DNA from: Alphaproteobacteria bacterium | Lineage (GTDB): Bacteria; Pseudomonadota; Alphaproteobacteria; CAAHEQ01; UBA3637 | Direction: 5' to 3' | DNA: 64,000 nt | Assembly: GCA_017962565.1 (NCBI GenBank) | Contig: JAGCVC010000008.1 | Location: 76,850 to 140,849, forward strand | Part shown: positions 9,922 through 19,946 of the stretch, one piece after another | Numbering within the stretch: position 1 is the first letter of the stretch | How the letters are laid out: each line of letters starts with the position of its first letter | The notes under the pieces: model-generated | Database searches by the model: none | What the model was told of the DNA's origin: nothing | What the model saw: only the letters and a program-made list of their open reading frames with translations | Program-made: the position numbers and the translations under genes

Positions 9922-9943
9922 TAAAAAAAGCCCCGAAGGGCTT
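9922..9943 (-). terminator. intrinsic terminator after tRNA-Ser
   Basis: AAGCCC-CGAA-GGGCTT hairpin; on the minus strand it is followed by a T-run (A-run 9923..9929 on the plus strand). Confidence 0.75.
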
Positions 9944-9948
9944 ATGTT

Positions 9949-10036
9949 TGGCGGATGGGGAGAGATTCGAACTCCCGGAGGGTCTCCCCTCAACGGTTTT
10001 CAAGACCGCCGCAATCGACCACTCTGCCACCCATCC
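9949..10036 (-). tRNA. tRNA-Ser (anticodon UGA)
   Basis: The reverse complement reads GGATGGGTGGCAGAGTGG...GCGGT-CTTGAAA-ACCGT, then a long variable arm, GGGAGTTCGAATCTCTC and CCCATCCGCCA. Confidence 0.95.
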
Positions 10037-10140
10037 TCTTGAAAACCATTTCATCATATATGAAAAAAAATAAAAATCAAGTAAAAAAATAAAAACTTTT
10101 TCTTTTGCCTTTTATCAGATAATGGAGTAAAGTGTATGCC

Positions 10141-11319
10141 ATGAAGAAAATGAATCATTATTTTGTTGTATTTTGTATGCTTTTCTGCGCCTTTGAAGCA
10201 ATTGCTGCAACGGATTTTGATTCTTGGAAAGCTTCATTTTATAAAAAAGCCCAAAAACAAAACATTTCAAATGAAGTTTTAGACAAGTATTTTGTAAAAA
10301 CAACTTTCTTACCGGATGTTATAGAATCGGACAGAAAACAACCCGAATTCACACTTTCTTTCGGAAATTATATGCAACGCATTGTTTCTGATTTTCGGAT
10401 AAAAAAAGGACGTGAATTTTTAAAAGAACACAGAAAATTCCTACAAAAAATTGAATCGAAATATGGCGTGCCGGCGCATTATCTAGTTGCTTTTTGGGCT
10501 ACTGAAACGAACTTTGGGGAAATAAAAGGCAAAACAGATATTTTAAATGCTTTGGCTACATTATCTTTTGATGAACGCCGTTCTGAATTTTTTTCGGAAC
10601 AATTAATGACACTATTGAAAATATTGCAAAAAGAAAAAATTGATTCACCGGTCGGTTCTTGGGCCGGAGCTTTCGGACACTTTCAATTTATGCCGACAAC
10701 CTTTTACCAATATGCAGTTGATGAAGACGGTAACGGACAACGCGATATTTTAAATTCTTTCGAAGATGCTATAGGTTCTGCGGCAAATTACTTAAACAAA
10801 ATCGGTTGGAAAAGAGGTCAATCTTGGGGACGTGAAGTCATCTTGTCCGGCAACTTATATTTGAAAGCAGGGGAAAAACATCCTTTATCTGATTGGGTTA
10901 AGTGGGGTGTAAAAAGAACAGATGGCAAGATATACAATCCGGTCGACTTACCAAGTAAAGCTGAACTGCTTTTACCGGAAGGAATGAATGGACCAGCTTT
11001 CTTGGTTTATGAAAATTTTGATGTAATAAAACGTTGGAATAAATCGGATTTTTATGCACTTGCAATTGGCGTACTGGCAGATAAAATTGCACAAAAACAC
11101 ACTTTGGATGTAAAATCCTTAAAAGTTCTTCCAAACTTATCAAAAGATGATGTTAAAGCCGTTCAACAAGTTTTGAAAAAAGAAAAATTTTATGATGGAA
11201 ATATCGATGGAATAATGGGAAGCGGGACAAGAAAAGCTTTAAAGAAGTATCAAACGGCACATAAGTTACCCGCTGATGGCTTTTTATCAAAAGAATTACT
11301 TGAAATTTTTAAAAAATGA
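10141..11319 (+). CDS. lytic murein transglycosylase (MltB/SLT_2 type) with C-terminal peptidoglycan-binding domain
   Basis: YGVPAHYLVAFWATETNFG catalytic region and C-terminal LKKEKFYDGNIDGIMGSGTRKALKKYQ PG_binding_1 repeat. I prefer the ATG at 10141 (signal peptide MKKMNHYFVVFCMLFCAFEAIAA) to the GTG at 10132. Confidence 0.85.
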   Translation: MKKMNHYFVVFCMLFCAFEAIAATDFDSWKASFYKKAQKQNISNEVLDKYFVKTTFLPDVIESDRKQPEFTLSFGNYMQRIVSDFRIKKGREFLKEHRKFLQKIESKYGVPAHYLVAFWATETNFGEIKGKTDILNALATLSFDERRSEFFSEQLMTLLKILQKEKIDSPVGSWAGAFGHFQFMPTTFYQYAVDEDGNGQRDILNSFEDAIGSAANYLNKIGWKRGQSWGREVILSGNLYLKAGEKHPLSDWVKWGVKRTDGKIYNPVDLPSKAELLLPEGMNGPAFLVYENFDVIKRWNKSDFYALAIGVLADKIAQKHTLDVKSLKVLPNLSKDDVKAVQQVLKKEKFYDGNIDGIMGSGTRKALKKYQTAHKLPADGFLSKELLEIFKK

Positions 11320-11358
11320 TGTAAAAGGTAAGATGTATATAAAAAAGGAAAAATAACG

Positions 11359-12282
11359 ATGAAAAAAATTTTATTATGTATGCTTCTTTCTGCTTTTGTT
11401 TTTGGCTGTACGGATAATGGTTTATTATTCCGATCAAATGGAAAAAATTACGTTTCACACGATAAAAATGGTGTATATAAAATCGGAGAACCTTATCAAA
11501 TTAACAATATTTGGTATCGTCCAGAAGAAAATTATAAATACAAAGAAGTTGGTATTGCCTCATGGTATGGACCTGATTTCCACAAGGGTATAACTGCAAA
11601 CGGCGAAACATATAACATGTATGAATTATCCGCAGCGCACAGGACCTTGCCTTTACCGTCTATTGTAAAGGTTACAAATTTAGATAACGGAAAATCAGTT
11701 GTTGTTCGTGTGAATGACCGAGGTCCTTTTGTAAACAATCGTATTATAGACCTGTCAAAAGCTGCTGCCGAACAGTTGGACTTTACACAGGCCGGAACAG
11801 CGAAAGTTCGCGTTGAAATATTAGCAGATGAAAGCAAACAACTGAAAAAAAGTATTTTAGATAACGGGGGAAAAATCGTAGATGGAGCCCCCATAACGGA
11901 TTCACAGGAACCGCCATCTTTTTCAGAGCCAATTGTATTAGCGCCTGAAGCAGTTGCAGTCGAAGAAGAAACTGCAGCCGTTGCCGCAACAGAAAAAGTT
12001 CCGACAGATACGCTTTATTCTCCCAAGAAAAAATTCATACCATCATCGGTTGGAAATTATTACATTCAAGCAGGTGCTTTTTCTAACAAAGAAAATGCTT
12101 TAGCGGTTCAAAAGAAACTTTCTTCCTTTGGTCATGTCTCTATTCAGGAAATAAAGAAAGAATCAAAAACAATTTATCGTGTCCGTTTGGGCAGCTTTGA
12201 AACCGGTGAAGAAGCCGCAGATTTAATAGAAGAAATTGAACGTAGCGGATATACGGATCTTCGCTTAGTACAAGAAAAATAA
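11359..12282 (+). CDS. rlpA: septal ring lytic transglycosylase RlpA with C-terminal SPOR domain
   Basis: Lipobox LSAFVFGC; DPBB core [19 protein letters not shown]...[10 protein letters not shown]; C-terminal SPOR-like [14 protein letters not shown]...YRVRLGSF. Confidence 0.85.
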   Translation: MKKILLCMLLSAFVFGCTDNGLLFRSNGKNYVSHDKNGVYKIGEPYQINNIWYRPEENYKYKEVGIASWYGPDFHKGITANGETYNMYELSAAHRTLPLPSIVKVTNLDNGKSVVVRVNDRGPFVNNRIIDLSKAAAEQLDFTQAGTAKVRVEILADESKQLKKSILDNGGKIVDGAPITDSQEPPSFSEPIVLAPEAVAVEEETAAVAATEKVPTDTLYSPKKKFIPSSVGNYYIQAGAFSNKENALAVQKKLSSFGHVSIQEIKKESKTIYRVRLGSFETGEEAADLIEEIERSGYTDLRLVQEK

Positions 12283-12294
12283 AAGGAGTTGAAA

Positions 12295-13452
12295 ATGAAA
12301 CGGTTATTTTTAGGTTGTTTGTTAACGGTTTTATCGGCAACAACTTGTTTGTCTGCACCCGTTTTTGATACATTAGCATCTCATGCTTATTTGGTCGATT
12401 ATGATACTGGTGCGGTTTTATTGGAAAAAAATGCTGATGAATTAATGGCACCGGCATCCATGAGTAAACTGATGACCGTCTACATTTTGTTCGAAAAAAT
12501 CAAAAATGGACAGGTCCATTTGGATGATACATTTGAAGTCAGCGTAAATGCTTGGAAAAAAGGCGGAGAGAAGAGTGGCAGTTCCACTATGTTCTTAAAA
12601 CCTAATTCAAAAGTAAAAGTTCAAGATTTAATTAAAGGAATTATTATCCAATCTGGAAATGATGCTTGCATTACAGTTGCTGAAAATATTGCAGGTTCTG
12701 AAGAAAACTTTGCCGAAGAAATGACTTTACGTGCCCGCGAAATCGGATTGGAAAAAAGTACTTTCAAAAACTCAACCGGTTGGCCAAACAAAGAACATTT
12801 AATGACCAGTAGGGAATTGGCTATTTTAGCAAAAAAATTGATTTCAGAATTTCCGGACTTTTATCCTATTTTTTCGGAGAAAAGCTTTAAATATAACGGC
12901 ATAAAGCAAGACAATAGAAACCCTTTGCTTTATTCTATGCCAGATCAAGCTGACGGATTAAAAACGGGTCATACCGAAAAATCGGGATATGCGCTTGTCG
13001 GATCTGCTAAAAGCAAAGACGGTAAACGGCGTTTAATTTTGGTCGTCAACGGTTTAAAATCAATGAAAGAAAGAAATTCCGAAACAAAGAAAATTATGGA
13101 GTGGGGATTAAGAGAATTCGAAAATTACAGTTTATTTAAAAACGGACAAACCGTGACGGAAATTCCTGTTTGGTTAGGTATGGAAGAAAACGTTCCTGTT
13201 GTTTTACAGAAAGATGTATTGGTTACACTTCATAGATTGGATAAGCCCAAGACAAAGGTAAGTGTCACCTATGATACTTGGGCAAAAGCGCCGATAAAAA
13301 AAGGCGATGTACTTGCTTCTTTAAATATTGCCTTACCTGACGGCAAAACCTATCGTTTCCCGTTGGTTGCGGCTAAAGATGTTGGTGAAATAAGCTACTG
13401 GGGACGTATGAAGAAGGCTGTTTCTTCTGTTGTATATGGGCAAAAAGAATGA
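12295..13452 (+). CDS. D-alanyl-D-alanine carboxypeptidase (PBP5/6-like, S11)
   Basis: SMSK (SxxK), SGND (SxN) and KTGHT (KTG) motifs; signal peptide. The ATG at 12295 is 6 nt after GGAG and is preferred to the TTG at 12289. Confidence 0.9.
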   Translation: MKRLFLGCLLTVLSATTCLSAPVFDTLASHAYLVDYDTGAVLLEKNADELMAPASMSKLMTVYILFEKIKNGQVHLDDTFEVSVNAWKKGGEKSGSSTMFLKPNSKVKVQDLIKGIIIQSGNDACITVAENIAGSEENFAEEMTLRAREIGLEKSTFKNSTGWPNKEHLMTSRELAILAKKLISEFPDFYPIFSEKSFKYNGIKQDNRNPLLYSMPDQADGLKTGHTEKSGYALVGSAKSKDGKRRLILVVNGLKSMKERNSETKKIMEWGLREFENYSLFKNGQTVTEIPVWLGMEENVPVVLQKDVLVTLHRLDKPKTKVSVTYDTWAKAPIKKGDVLASLNIALPDGKTYRFPLVAAKDVGEISYWGRMKKAVSSVVYGQKE

Positions 13453-14087
13453 AAAAAGGATTTTTTATTACTTTAGAAGGTGGAGACGGTTGCGGAAAGT
13501 CAACTCAATGCAAGATGTTGCTTGACTTCTTAAAACAAAACAACATTAATTTTATTATGACAAGGGAACCCGGAGGATCCGAAGCCGCAGAAGAAATCAG
13601 GAATATTATTTTATCCGGCAATAAAGAAAAATGGGATTCAATATCTGAAACATTGTTGTTTTCTGCTGCAAGACGCAGCCATTTAGTTGACAAAATATGG
13701 CCAGCTATTGAGCAGGGAAAGTGGGTTATCTCGGACAGGTTTGCTGATTCAACCATGGCTTATCAAGGTTATGGACGCGGTGATGGGCTTTTAACGAAGA
13801 ATGATATTGAAACCTTGTATAAACTGGTTGCTGGCGATTTCAAGCCCGATTTAACAATCATTTTGGATATGGAACCAAAAGAAGCATTGCAAAGGGTTGC
13901 TCAACGCGGTGCAAAAGACAGAATGGAAGGAATGGATTTATCTTTTCATTACAATCTGCGTAATGCCTTTCTGGACATAGCAAAGAAAGAACCAACCAGG
14001 TGCGCGGTTATCAACGCAAATCAAGATCCTGTAAACGTACATAACGACATTATTAAAGTTATTCAGGAGCGCCTACTCAAATGTTAA
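13449..14087 (+). CDS. tmk: thymidylate kinase
   Basis: FITLEGGDGCGKSTQ P-loop, TREPGG, DRFADST motifs; ATGA overlap with the upstream gene. Confidence 0.95.
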   Translation: MKKGFFITLEGGDGCGKSTQCKMLLDFLKQNNINFIMTREPGGSEAAEEIRNIILSGNKEKWDSISETLLFSAARRSHLVDKIWPAIEQGKWVISDRFADSTMAYQGYGRGDGLLTKNDIETLYKLVAGDFKPDLTIILDMEPKEALQRVAQRGAKDRMEGMDLSFHYNLRNAFLDIAKKEPTRCAVINANQDPVNVHNDIIKVIQERLLKC

Positions 14088-15031
14088 TGCCAGCTGATAA
14101 AAGTTTCGAACAGCTAAAACAAATTTTAAATTCTGGAAAATTGGCCGGTTCTTGGTTGATTACGGGGCCTTTGGGCGTTGGCAAATCGACCTTAGTACGC
14201 CGTTTTGCTTCCTTTTTATTAACCGGAAAGGAAACAGCTATTGACTTTCATGCTGATTTAAAATGGATTGAACGCGATTATACAGAGGAAGAGAAAAAAG
14301 ACATCATTCAAACGTTAAATGCGGGCAGGGCATTAGACAATGAAGAAGAACGTGCTAAAAAGGCCGAAATTACCATTGATGATATCCGTTCTGGTATACA
14401 GTTTTTATCTTTAACATCAGCCAATGAAAATTGGCGCATAATGGTTATTGATTCCGCCGATGAAATGAATGAAAATGCAGCAAATGCCTTATTAAAACTA
14501 TTGGAAGAACCACCGGCACATACAGTTATTTTCTTAATTTCTCACAACATGGGAAAATTATTACCGACAATTCGTTCACGTTGCAGACAAATAATGGTAT
14601 CTCCATTGACTGATGTTCAAATGAAAGGATTTATTTTAGAGAACTATCCTGACGCTTCAAATATTGATGAATTACTTAAATTTTTCAATGGAAGTATCGG
14701 AAAATGCAAAACTTTTTTTGAAAATAACGGTCTTTCAGTTTATCAAAAATTATTAACTTTTACGCAGGATGCTACATCTCAAATCGGAGCAATTATGGAC
14801 TTTGCCGATGCCGTAGCAAAGGATGAAAAATTGTACAATTTGGTGAAAGATTTGTTACTATTTATTCTGCTTTCTTTTGTTGAACAACCAAATTTACCAA
14901 GTCAAGAAAGAGAATATTACCTGCAACAATGGACACAAGTAAATGAATTACTAAAAGACATGGAAAATCTTTACTTAGATAAAAAAAGTGTTATTATTCA
15001 AATTCTCTTAAGATTAGGAATGAAAAAATGA
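14081..15031 (+). CDS. holB: DNA polymerase III subunit delta'
   Basis: GPLGVGKST P-loop, NALLKLLEEPP and TIRSRC (SRC) motifs. Confidence 0.85.
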   Translation: MLMPADKSFEQLKQILNSGKLAGSWLITGPLGVGKSTLVRRFASFLLTGKETAIDFHADLKWIERDYTEEEKKDIIQTLNAGRALDNEEERAKKAEITIDDIRSGIQFLSLTSANENWRIMVIDSADEMNENAANALLKLLEEPPAHTVIFLISHNMGKLLPTIRSRCRQIMVSPLTDVQMKGFILENYPDASNIDELLKFFNGSIGKCKTFFENNGLSVYQKLLTFTQDATSQIGAIMDFADAVAKDEKLYNLVKDLLLFILLSFVEQPNLPSQEREYYLQQWTQVNELLKDMENLYLDKKSVIIQILLRLGMKK

Positions 15032-15822
15032 TTATAGACAGCCATTGCCACCTAACTTTCGGTGATTACGAAGACGATATGGATTTAGTTATCCAAAACG
15101 CACGAGAGAAGGGCGTTGGAATGATTTTGAATGTTGCCACCAACAAAGATGAGTATGCGCAAATGGTCGGTTTGTTGGAAAAATATCCATTTATTTACGG
15201 AGCTTTTGGAATTCATCCTGATTCAATTGAACCCAACAATATGATCAAAATAGACGAATTATTGGATCTGTTGCACCATTTAAAAATAATCGGAGTTGGA
15301 GAAACGGGATTAGACTACCATTATGAAACAATTGATCGCAAGTATCAACAGGAATCCTTAATGATTCATATTGAAGCTGCCCGTCAAACCGGCTTGCCGC
15401 TGATTATCCATACACGTGATGCAGATGATGATATGGCTGCCATACTACAAGAAGCAATGATTTATCACCCATTCAAAGCTATGTTACATTGTTTTTCATC
15501 TTCCGAAAAACTGGCAAAAAAAGCATTGGATTTAGGGTGTTACCTTTCTATTTCCGGAATGGTTACATTTAAAAAAGCGGATGATTTACGTCAAATAATT
15601 AAGAAAATTCCACTAAACAGATTGTTGGTAGAAACAGATGCGCCGTTTTTAGCACCTGTTCCTTATCGTGGACAACGTAATGAACCTGCATACATTGTTG
15701 AAACATTTAAAATGCTTTCTGAATTAAAGGATGTGCCTCAAAAAAAATTAGAAGAAGCTTTGGAAAGTAATTTTTATACTCTATTTGACAAACTAAAAAA
15801 GGAAAATGAAGAATGGAAATAA
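15028..15822 (+). CDS. tatD: TatD family metal-dependent hydrolase
   Basis: IDSHCHL, GETGLDYHY, IIHTRDA, ETDAPFLAP motifs. Confidence 0.9.
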   Translation: MIIDSHCHLTFGDYEDDMDLVIQNAREKGVGMILNVATNKDEYAQMVGLLEKYPFIYGAFGIHPDSIEPNNMIKIDELLDLLHHLKIIGVGETGLDYHYETIDRKYQQESLMIHIEAARQTGLPLIIHTRDADDDMAAILQEAMIYHPFKAMLHCFSSSEKLAKKALDLGCYLSISGMVTFKKADDLRQIIKKIPLNRLLVETDAPFLAPVPYRGQRNEPAYIVETFKMLSELKDVPQKKLEEALESNFYTLFDKLKKENEEWK

Positions 15823-16601
15823 CGATTTTAGGATGTGGCCCCAGTTATGGCATTCCAACGGCTAAATTTGGCTTTGGACAATGCAATCCGAATAATCCCA
15901 AAAATGCAAGGACTCGTTCGTCAATTTTTGTTTCAGACGGTAAAACGGATTTATTGATTGATACGCCACCTGAATTACGGTTACAACTTTACAATGCAGG
16001 GATCAAAAACATAGATGCTGTTATGTGGACACATATGCACGCAGATCATTTAATGGGAATTGACGATGTTCGCATTTATACGAGAACACAAATTTCAGCG
16101 TTCGAAGAGGTTATTCCTCTGCCGGCTTACATGAATGAAAAAGATTTTGAGGAATTCAAACAACGCTTTCCTTTTTATTTAAAACCATTTAAATATATAA
16201 AGCAAAAAGAACCTCCGTTTGATGTACATTTAATCAAACCGGCTGAACCTTTTCAAATCGGTTCTTTAGATATTCTGCCAATCTTGCAAGATCATGGCAG
16301 TTGCGAGACACTAGGCTTCAAAATCAACAACAAAGTAGCATACAATACAGATCTGATTGACTTTATCGATTACGACATCAATCAATTAAAAGGCATTGAT
16401 CTGTGGATCTTAGGTTGTGTTTCCAACAGATCCAATGATAAACACGTCTATTTAGAAAAAGCATTGAAATGGTTTGAAATAGTACAACCTAAGCGGCTTA
16501 TTTTAACGCATTTAGGTGCAAGAATGGATTATGATACCATCATGGCTCAACTTCCAAAAGAAATGGAGTTAGCTTATGACGGCATGAAAATTTCTGTTTA
16601 A
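15813..16601 (+). CDS. MBL-fold metallo-hydrolase (PhnP/GPP-like)
   Basis: WTHMHADH (HxHxDH) motif, ILGCG N-terminus. Confidence 0.8.
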   Translation: MEITILGCGPSYGIPTAKFGFGQCNPNNPKNARTRSSIFVSDGKTDLLIDTPPELRLQLYNAGIKNIDAVMWTHMHADHLMGIDDVRIYTRTQISAFEEVIPLPAYMNEKDFEEFKQRFPFYLKPFKYIKQKEPPFDVHLIKPAEPFQIGSLDILPILQDHGSCETLGFKINNKVAYNTDLIDFIDYDINQLKGIDLWILGCVSNRSNDKHVYLEKALKWFEIVQPKRLILTHLGARMDYDTIMAQLPKEMELAYDGMKISV

Positions 16602-19126
16602 GCAAGTGCTTTTGTGATTGTTTCGTTCAAATTAACCGACAAATTCGGTATTTCTGAAATTCGTTTCAATTCGGACTTCATCAGCTCTTGGCGTTTCTTA
16701 TCAAAGCGTTTCCAATCGCAAAGCGGATGAATAATACCTTCGGCTATTTGCGGGTTAATAGCATTTAATTGAATAACGTAATCGGCAATTAAACGATATC
16801 CTTCTCCGTTTGGATTATGGAATCCTTTCAAATTGCGGCCGAAAACACCTATTAAAGAACGTACTTTGTTTGGGTTTGTAATAACAAAGTCCTTTGTTTT
16901 GGACAAAGCACGGACATTGTCAATCGTTTTTTCATCTTCAACAGAAGCCTGCAAAGCCAGCCATTTATTGATAACCAAAGCATCATCTTTAAATGTTTCA
17001 TAAAAATCAGATAATGCTTCTTTAGCATAGGGCAGGCGATTATGAACCAAAGCAGAAAGTGCAGCCATTTTATCTGTCATATTTTTGCTGTTTTGATATT
17101 GCGTTTTTGCTAAATCTGCATATTTAGGTAATAGAGATAAATACACTAATGCCGCATTCTTTAAAGCTCTTTTGCCGGCTTGTTTCGAATCGCTGTTAAA
17201 TGCTTCATCTATGTTGAACCTATCATAAATCTCTTTTAATTTATTTGCATTTTGCTTTGCAAAGGCAATACGTAATGCTTTACGCAAATCCAACACCTTA
17301 TCGACTTCAAAGGTTTCCATTTTATCTCCAATATACGAGGATGCCGGGAAAACAATTGCTCTTGCCGTAAAGGCCGGATCTGTATCTGCCGTATCTAAAT
17401 AGGAAGAATAAGCATCGATTAATGTTGAAGAAACTTGCGGCTCATCATTTTTCAGTTCTTTTAAAATTTCTTTTAAAGCATATTCTTGGCCGACTTCATA
17501 ACGATTAAACAAATCGTTATCGTTCTTCATCAAAAACAAACTTTCTTCATCTGTATAAGAGACATTCAATGTTATAGGTGCCGTAAAGTTTCGGTTAATT
17601 GAAAGAATAGGGCATTTTTTGATGTTTTCAAAAACAAATTCTTGTTCTTTTTTATCAAAAATGATTGTTTTTGAAACAATGTCTTTGCCATTATTATCGA
17701 TTAAACCAATGCTCAAGGGTATCATAAAAACCGCTTTTGAATCTTTAATATTTTGGTTTAACTTTATCTTATAAGTTTTTGTATTTTCATCATATTCTTG
17801 TTTTACATCAACAATCGGGCGTCCTGCAACAGAATACCAATTCATAAAAGGTTTTAAATCAATTTCGTTGGCATCTTCAACGCATTTGACAAAGTCATCG
17901 ATTGTCACGGCTTGTCCGTCATGACGGGAGAAATATAAATCAGTTGCTTTACGGAAACCGTCTTTTCCGACAATCTTTTCTTGCATTCTGATCAATTCTG
18001 CGCCTTTATCATAAACCGTTGTCGTGTAAAAGTTTTCTATTGTTGCGAAAGAATCAGGACGAACAGGGTGTTTCAATGGGCCATCATCACTTGGGAACTG
18101 ATATAGTTTTAAATATGAAACATCATCAATACGCTTAACAACACGTGAACGCATATCAGAACTGAATTCTTGATCACGATAAACAGTAAATCCTTCTTTT
18201 AATGACAGGTTAAACCAATCTTGCGCTGTTACTCTGTCTCCACTCCAGTTGTGGAAATATTCATGTGCGACAACGCCTTCAACGTATTCATAAGTTGCAT
18301 CAGTGGCTGTTTTTTCATCAGCCAATAGGCAAGAGTCGTTAAAGATATTCAAACTTTTGTTTTCCATAGCACCGGCATTAAAGTCAGGAACAGCCACGAT
18401 ATTGAACAAATTCAAATCATATTCACGACCGAATTTTTCTTCATCCCAACGCATTGCACGTTTTAAACTGTCCATCGCATAGTACAGACGATTTTCTTTT
18501 CCTTTTTCGCAATAAATACGCAAATCAACTTTTTTGCCGGAACAAGTTGTAAAGGAATCTTCAATATGGCCTAAATCACCAGCTACCAAAGCAAACAAAT
18601 AAGATGGTTTAGGAAATGGATCATGCCAAACAACAACATCACCTTCATCTTTGATTTTGTTTCCGTTCGATAGTAATACCGGATATTTTTTTCTGTCAGC
18701 GTGAATGGTCACCGTGTAAGTGCTTAAAACATCCGGATGATCCATAAAATAAGTAATTGTTCTGAAACCTTCCGGCTCACATTGCGTCGTGAACACACCG
18801 TTTGACATATAAAGTCCGCTCAAAAAAGTATTTGCTTTCGGATTGATTTGCGTTTGAATATCTAACTCGAAAGAAGAGGGCAAATTTTTCAAAGTTAAAG
18901 AATTTTCAGATAATACATATTCGTTCTTATCTAACTTACGACCGTTTAAAGCAATGCTTTCCAACTTCAAACGGACACCATTTAAAACCAAGTCGGCATC
19001 TTTGATTTTTTCGATTTTCAAATGACTTTTGACAATAGTTTTTTCTTCTTCTAAAGTAAAATCCAAATCCGTTGTCAAAATTCTGTATGCAGGCGCCACA
19101 TAATCCTTGCGATAAGTTAACTTCAT
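16598..19126 (-). CDS. pepN: aminopeptidase N (M1 family)
   Basis: GAMEN exopeptidase motif and HEYFHNWSGDRVT...LKEG zinc motif. Confidence 0.95.
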   Translation of the reverse strand: MKLTYRKDYVAPAYRILTTDLDFTLEEEKTIVKSHLKIEKIKDADLVLNGVRLKLESIALNGRKLDKNEYVLSENSLTLKNLPSSFELDIQTQINPKANTFLSGLYMSNGVFTTQCEPEGFRTITYFMDHPDVLSTYTVTIHADRKKYPVLLSNGNKIKDEGDVVVWHDPFPKPSYLFALVAGDLGHIEDSFTTCSGKKVDLRIYCEKGKENRLYYAMDSLKRAMRWDEEKFGREYDLNLFNIVAVPDFNAGAMENKSLNIFNDSCLLADEKTATDATYEYVEGVVAHEYFHNWSGDRVTAQDWFNLSLKEGFTVYRDQEFSSDMRSRVVKRIDDVSYLKLYQFPSDDGPLKHPVRPDSFATIENFYTTTVYDKGAELIRMQEKIVGKDGFRKATDLYFSRHDGQAVTIDDFVKCVEDANEIDLKPFMNWYSVAGRPIVDVKQEYDENTKTYKIKLNQNIKDSKAVFMIPLSIGLIDNNGKDIVSKTIIFDKKEQEFVFENIKKCPILSINRNFTAPITLNVSYTDEESLFLMKNDNDLFNRYEVGQEYALKEILKELKNDEPQVSSTLIDAYSSYLDTADTDPAFTARAIVFPASSYIGDKMETFEVDKVLDLRKALRIAFAKQNANKLKEIYDRFNIDEAFNSDSKQAGKRALKNAALVYLSLLPKYADLAKTQYQNSKNMTDKMAALSALVHNRLPYAKEALSDFYETFKDDALVINKWLALQASVEDEKTIDNVRALSKTKDFVITNPNKVRSLIGVFGRNLKGFHNPNGEGYRLIADYVIQLNAINPQIAEGIIHPLCDWKRFDKKRQELMKSELKRISEIPNLSVNLNETITKALA

Positions 19127-19135
19127 TTTTTTATC

Positions 19136-19858
19136 CTATTTCTTCTTTTTGTTTGATACTTTACTGTTGTTCTTCGGTGCTTTTATCGTATTTAATTGCT
19201 GTTTCCAGTACATTGAACGTTCTTTATTAGCCGGGATTTCTGTACCCCCTGCGTAAATAGATATCAAAGTAGTCATTGCATTTTGATGACCTTTCTTTGC
19301 AGCATCTTCATAAAACGACAATGCCAAATAAGGTTCTTCCTTTTTGTTTAGATATCCGCGTTCCAACCATACGGCTGCGGCATATATAGCTTCCAAATCA
19401 TCCTGTGCAGCAGCGAGCAGAACCCAATTCAATGCTTTCTCTTTATCTTCCGGGACACCTTCACCTTGATCATACAGTAAAGCTAATTTGTATTGCGCTT
19501 CCTTCAAACCCAAGTTTGCAGCATTTTCAAAATAAGCCGCAGCTTCAACAGGATTTGCCTTTTTATCTTTATTTTTTCCTTCTATTTCCATCATTCCGAG
19601 AGTATAAAAAGCCTTAGCATTCTGAGCTTGTGCAGACTTTAATATATGCGTTTTTGCATTAGGATAATCTTCTTCTTCCAAAGCTTTCAAGCCTTCCTGC
19701 CAGTGTTCTTCCGGTGACATCCTTGCATTTTTGTAGATAGGTAAAGCAACTATAAACAATAGCAATAATAAAAATGCGCCAATCCAAAATAAAGAACGAA
19801 TTGGCTTGGGATTGCTTTTCTTCTTTGAATTTGATTTTGAAAAGAGAAATGAAAACAT
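19136..19858 (-). CDS. Sel1-repeat (TPR-like) membrane-anchored protein
   Basis: N-terminal basic segment plus TM (LFWIGAFLLLLLFIVAL). Repeated A..Y.LG.MY..G.GV..D..KA..W units. The ATG at 19858 is preceded by AGGAG, so I prefer it to the 19930 start. Confidence 0.75.
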   Translation of the reverse strand: MFSFLFSKSNSKKKSNPKPIRSLFWIGAFLLLLLFIVALPIYKNARMSPEEHWQEGLKALEEEDYPNAKTHILKSAQAQNAKAFYTLGMMEIEGKNKDKKANPVEAAAYFENAANLGLKEAQYKLALLYDQGEGVPEDKEKALNWVLLAAAQDDLEAIYAAAVWLERGYLNKKEEPYLALSFYEDAAKKGHQNAMTTLISIYAGGTEIPANKERSMYWKQQLNTIKAPKNNSKVSNKKKK

Positions 19859-19883
19859 TTTGGAGCTCCTTTTTAAAAAAAAC

Positions 19884-19913
19884 TTGAAATATAAACATAA
19901 TATAAGATATATT
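19884..19913 (+). promoter_or_regulatory. sigma70-type promoter TTGAAA-18-TATATT for 19947..22470
   Basis: TTGAAA 19884..19889, TATATT 19908..19913; AGGAG RBS before the ATG at 19947. Confidence 0.4.
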
Positions 19914-19927
19914 AAATAAAACATCAA
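19899..19927 (-). promoter_or_regulatory. sigma70-type promoter TTGATG-17-TATATT for the Sel1-pepN unit
   Basis: On the minus strand, TTGATG (19922..19927), 17-nt spacer, TATATT (19899..19904); overlaps the divergent plus-strand promoter. Confidence 0.45.
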
Positions 19928-19946
19928 CAAAAAAAGGAGTTTTTTT

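Noticed and set aside
11532-11894. Antisense ORFs of 60-120 aa inside well-supported genes (this one in rlpA; likewise 1129..1434, 5219..5569, 26479..26763, 47704..48069, 49652..50020, 52695..52997)
   Set aside because: Each overlaps a gene with diagnostic motifs on the other strand or in another frame, and none has its own start signals or recognisable domains.
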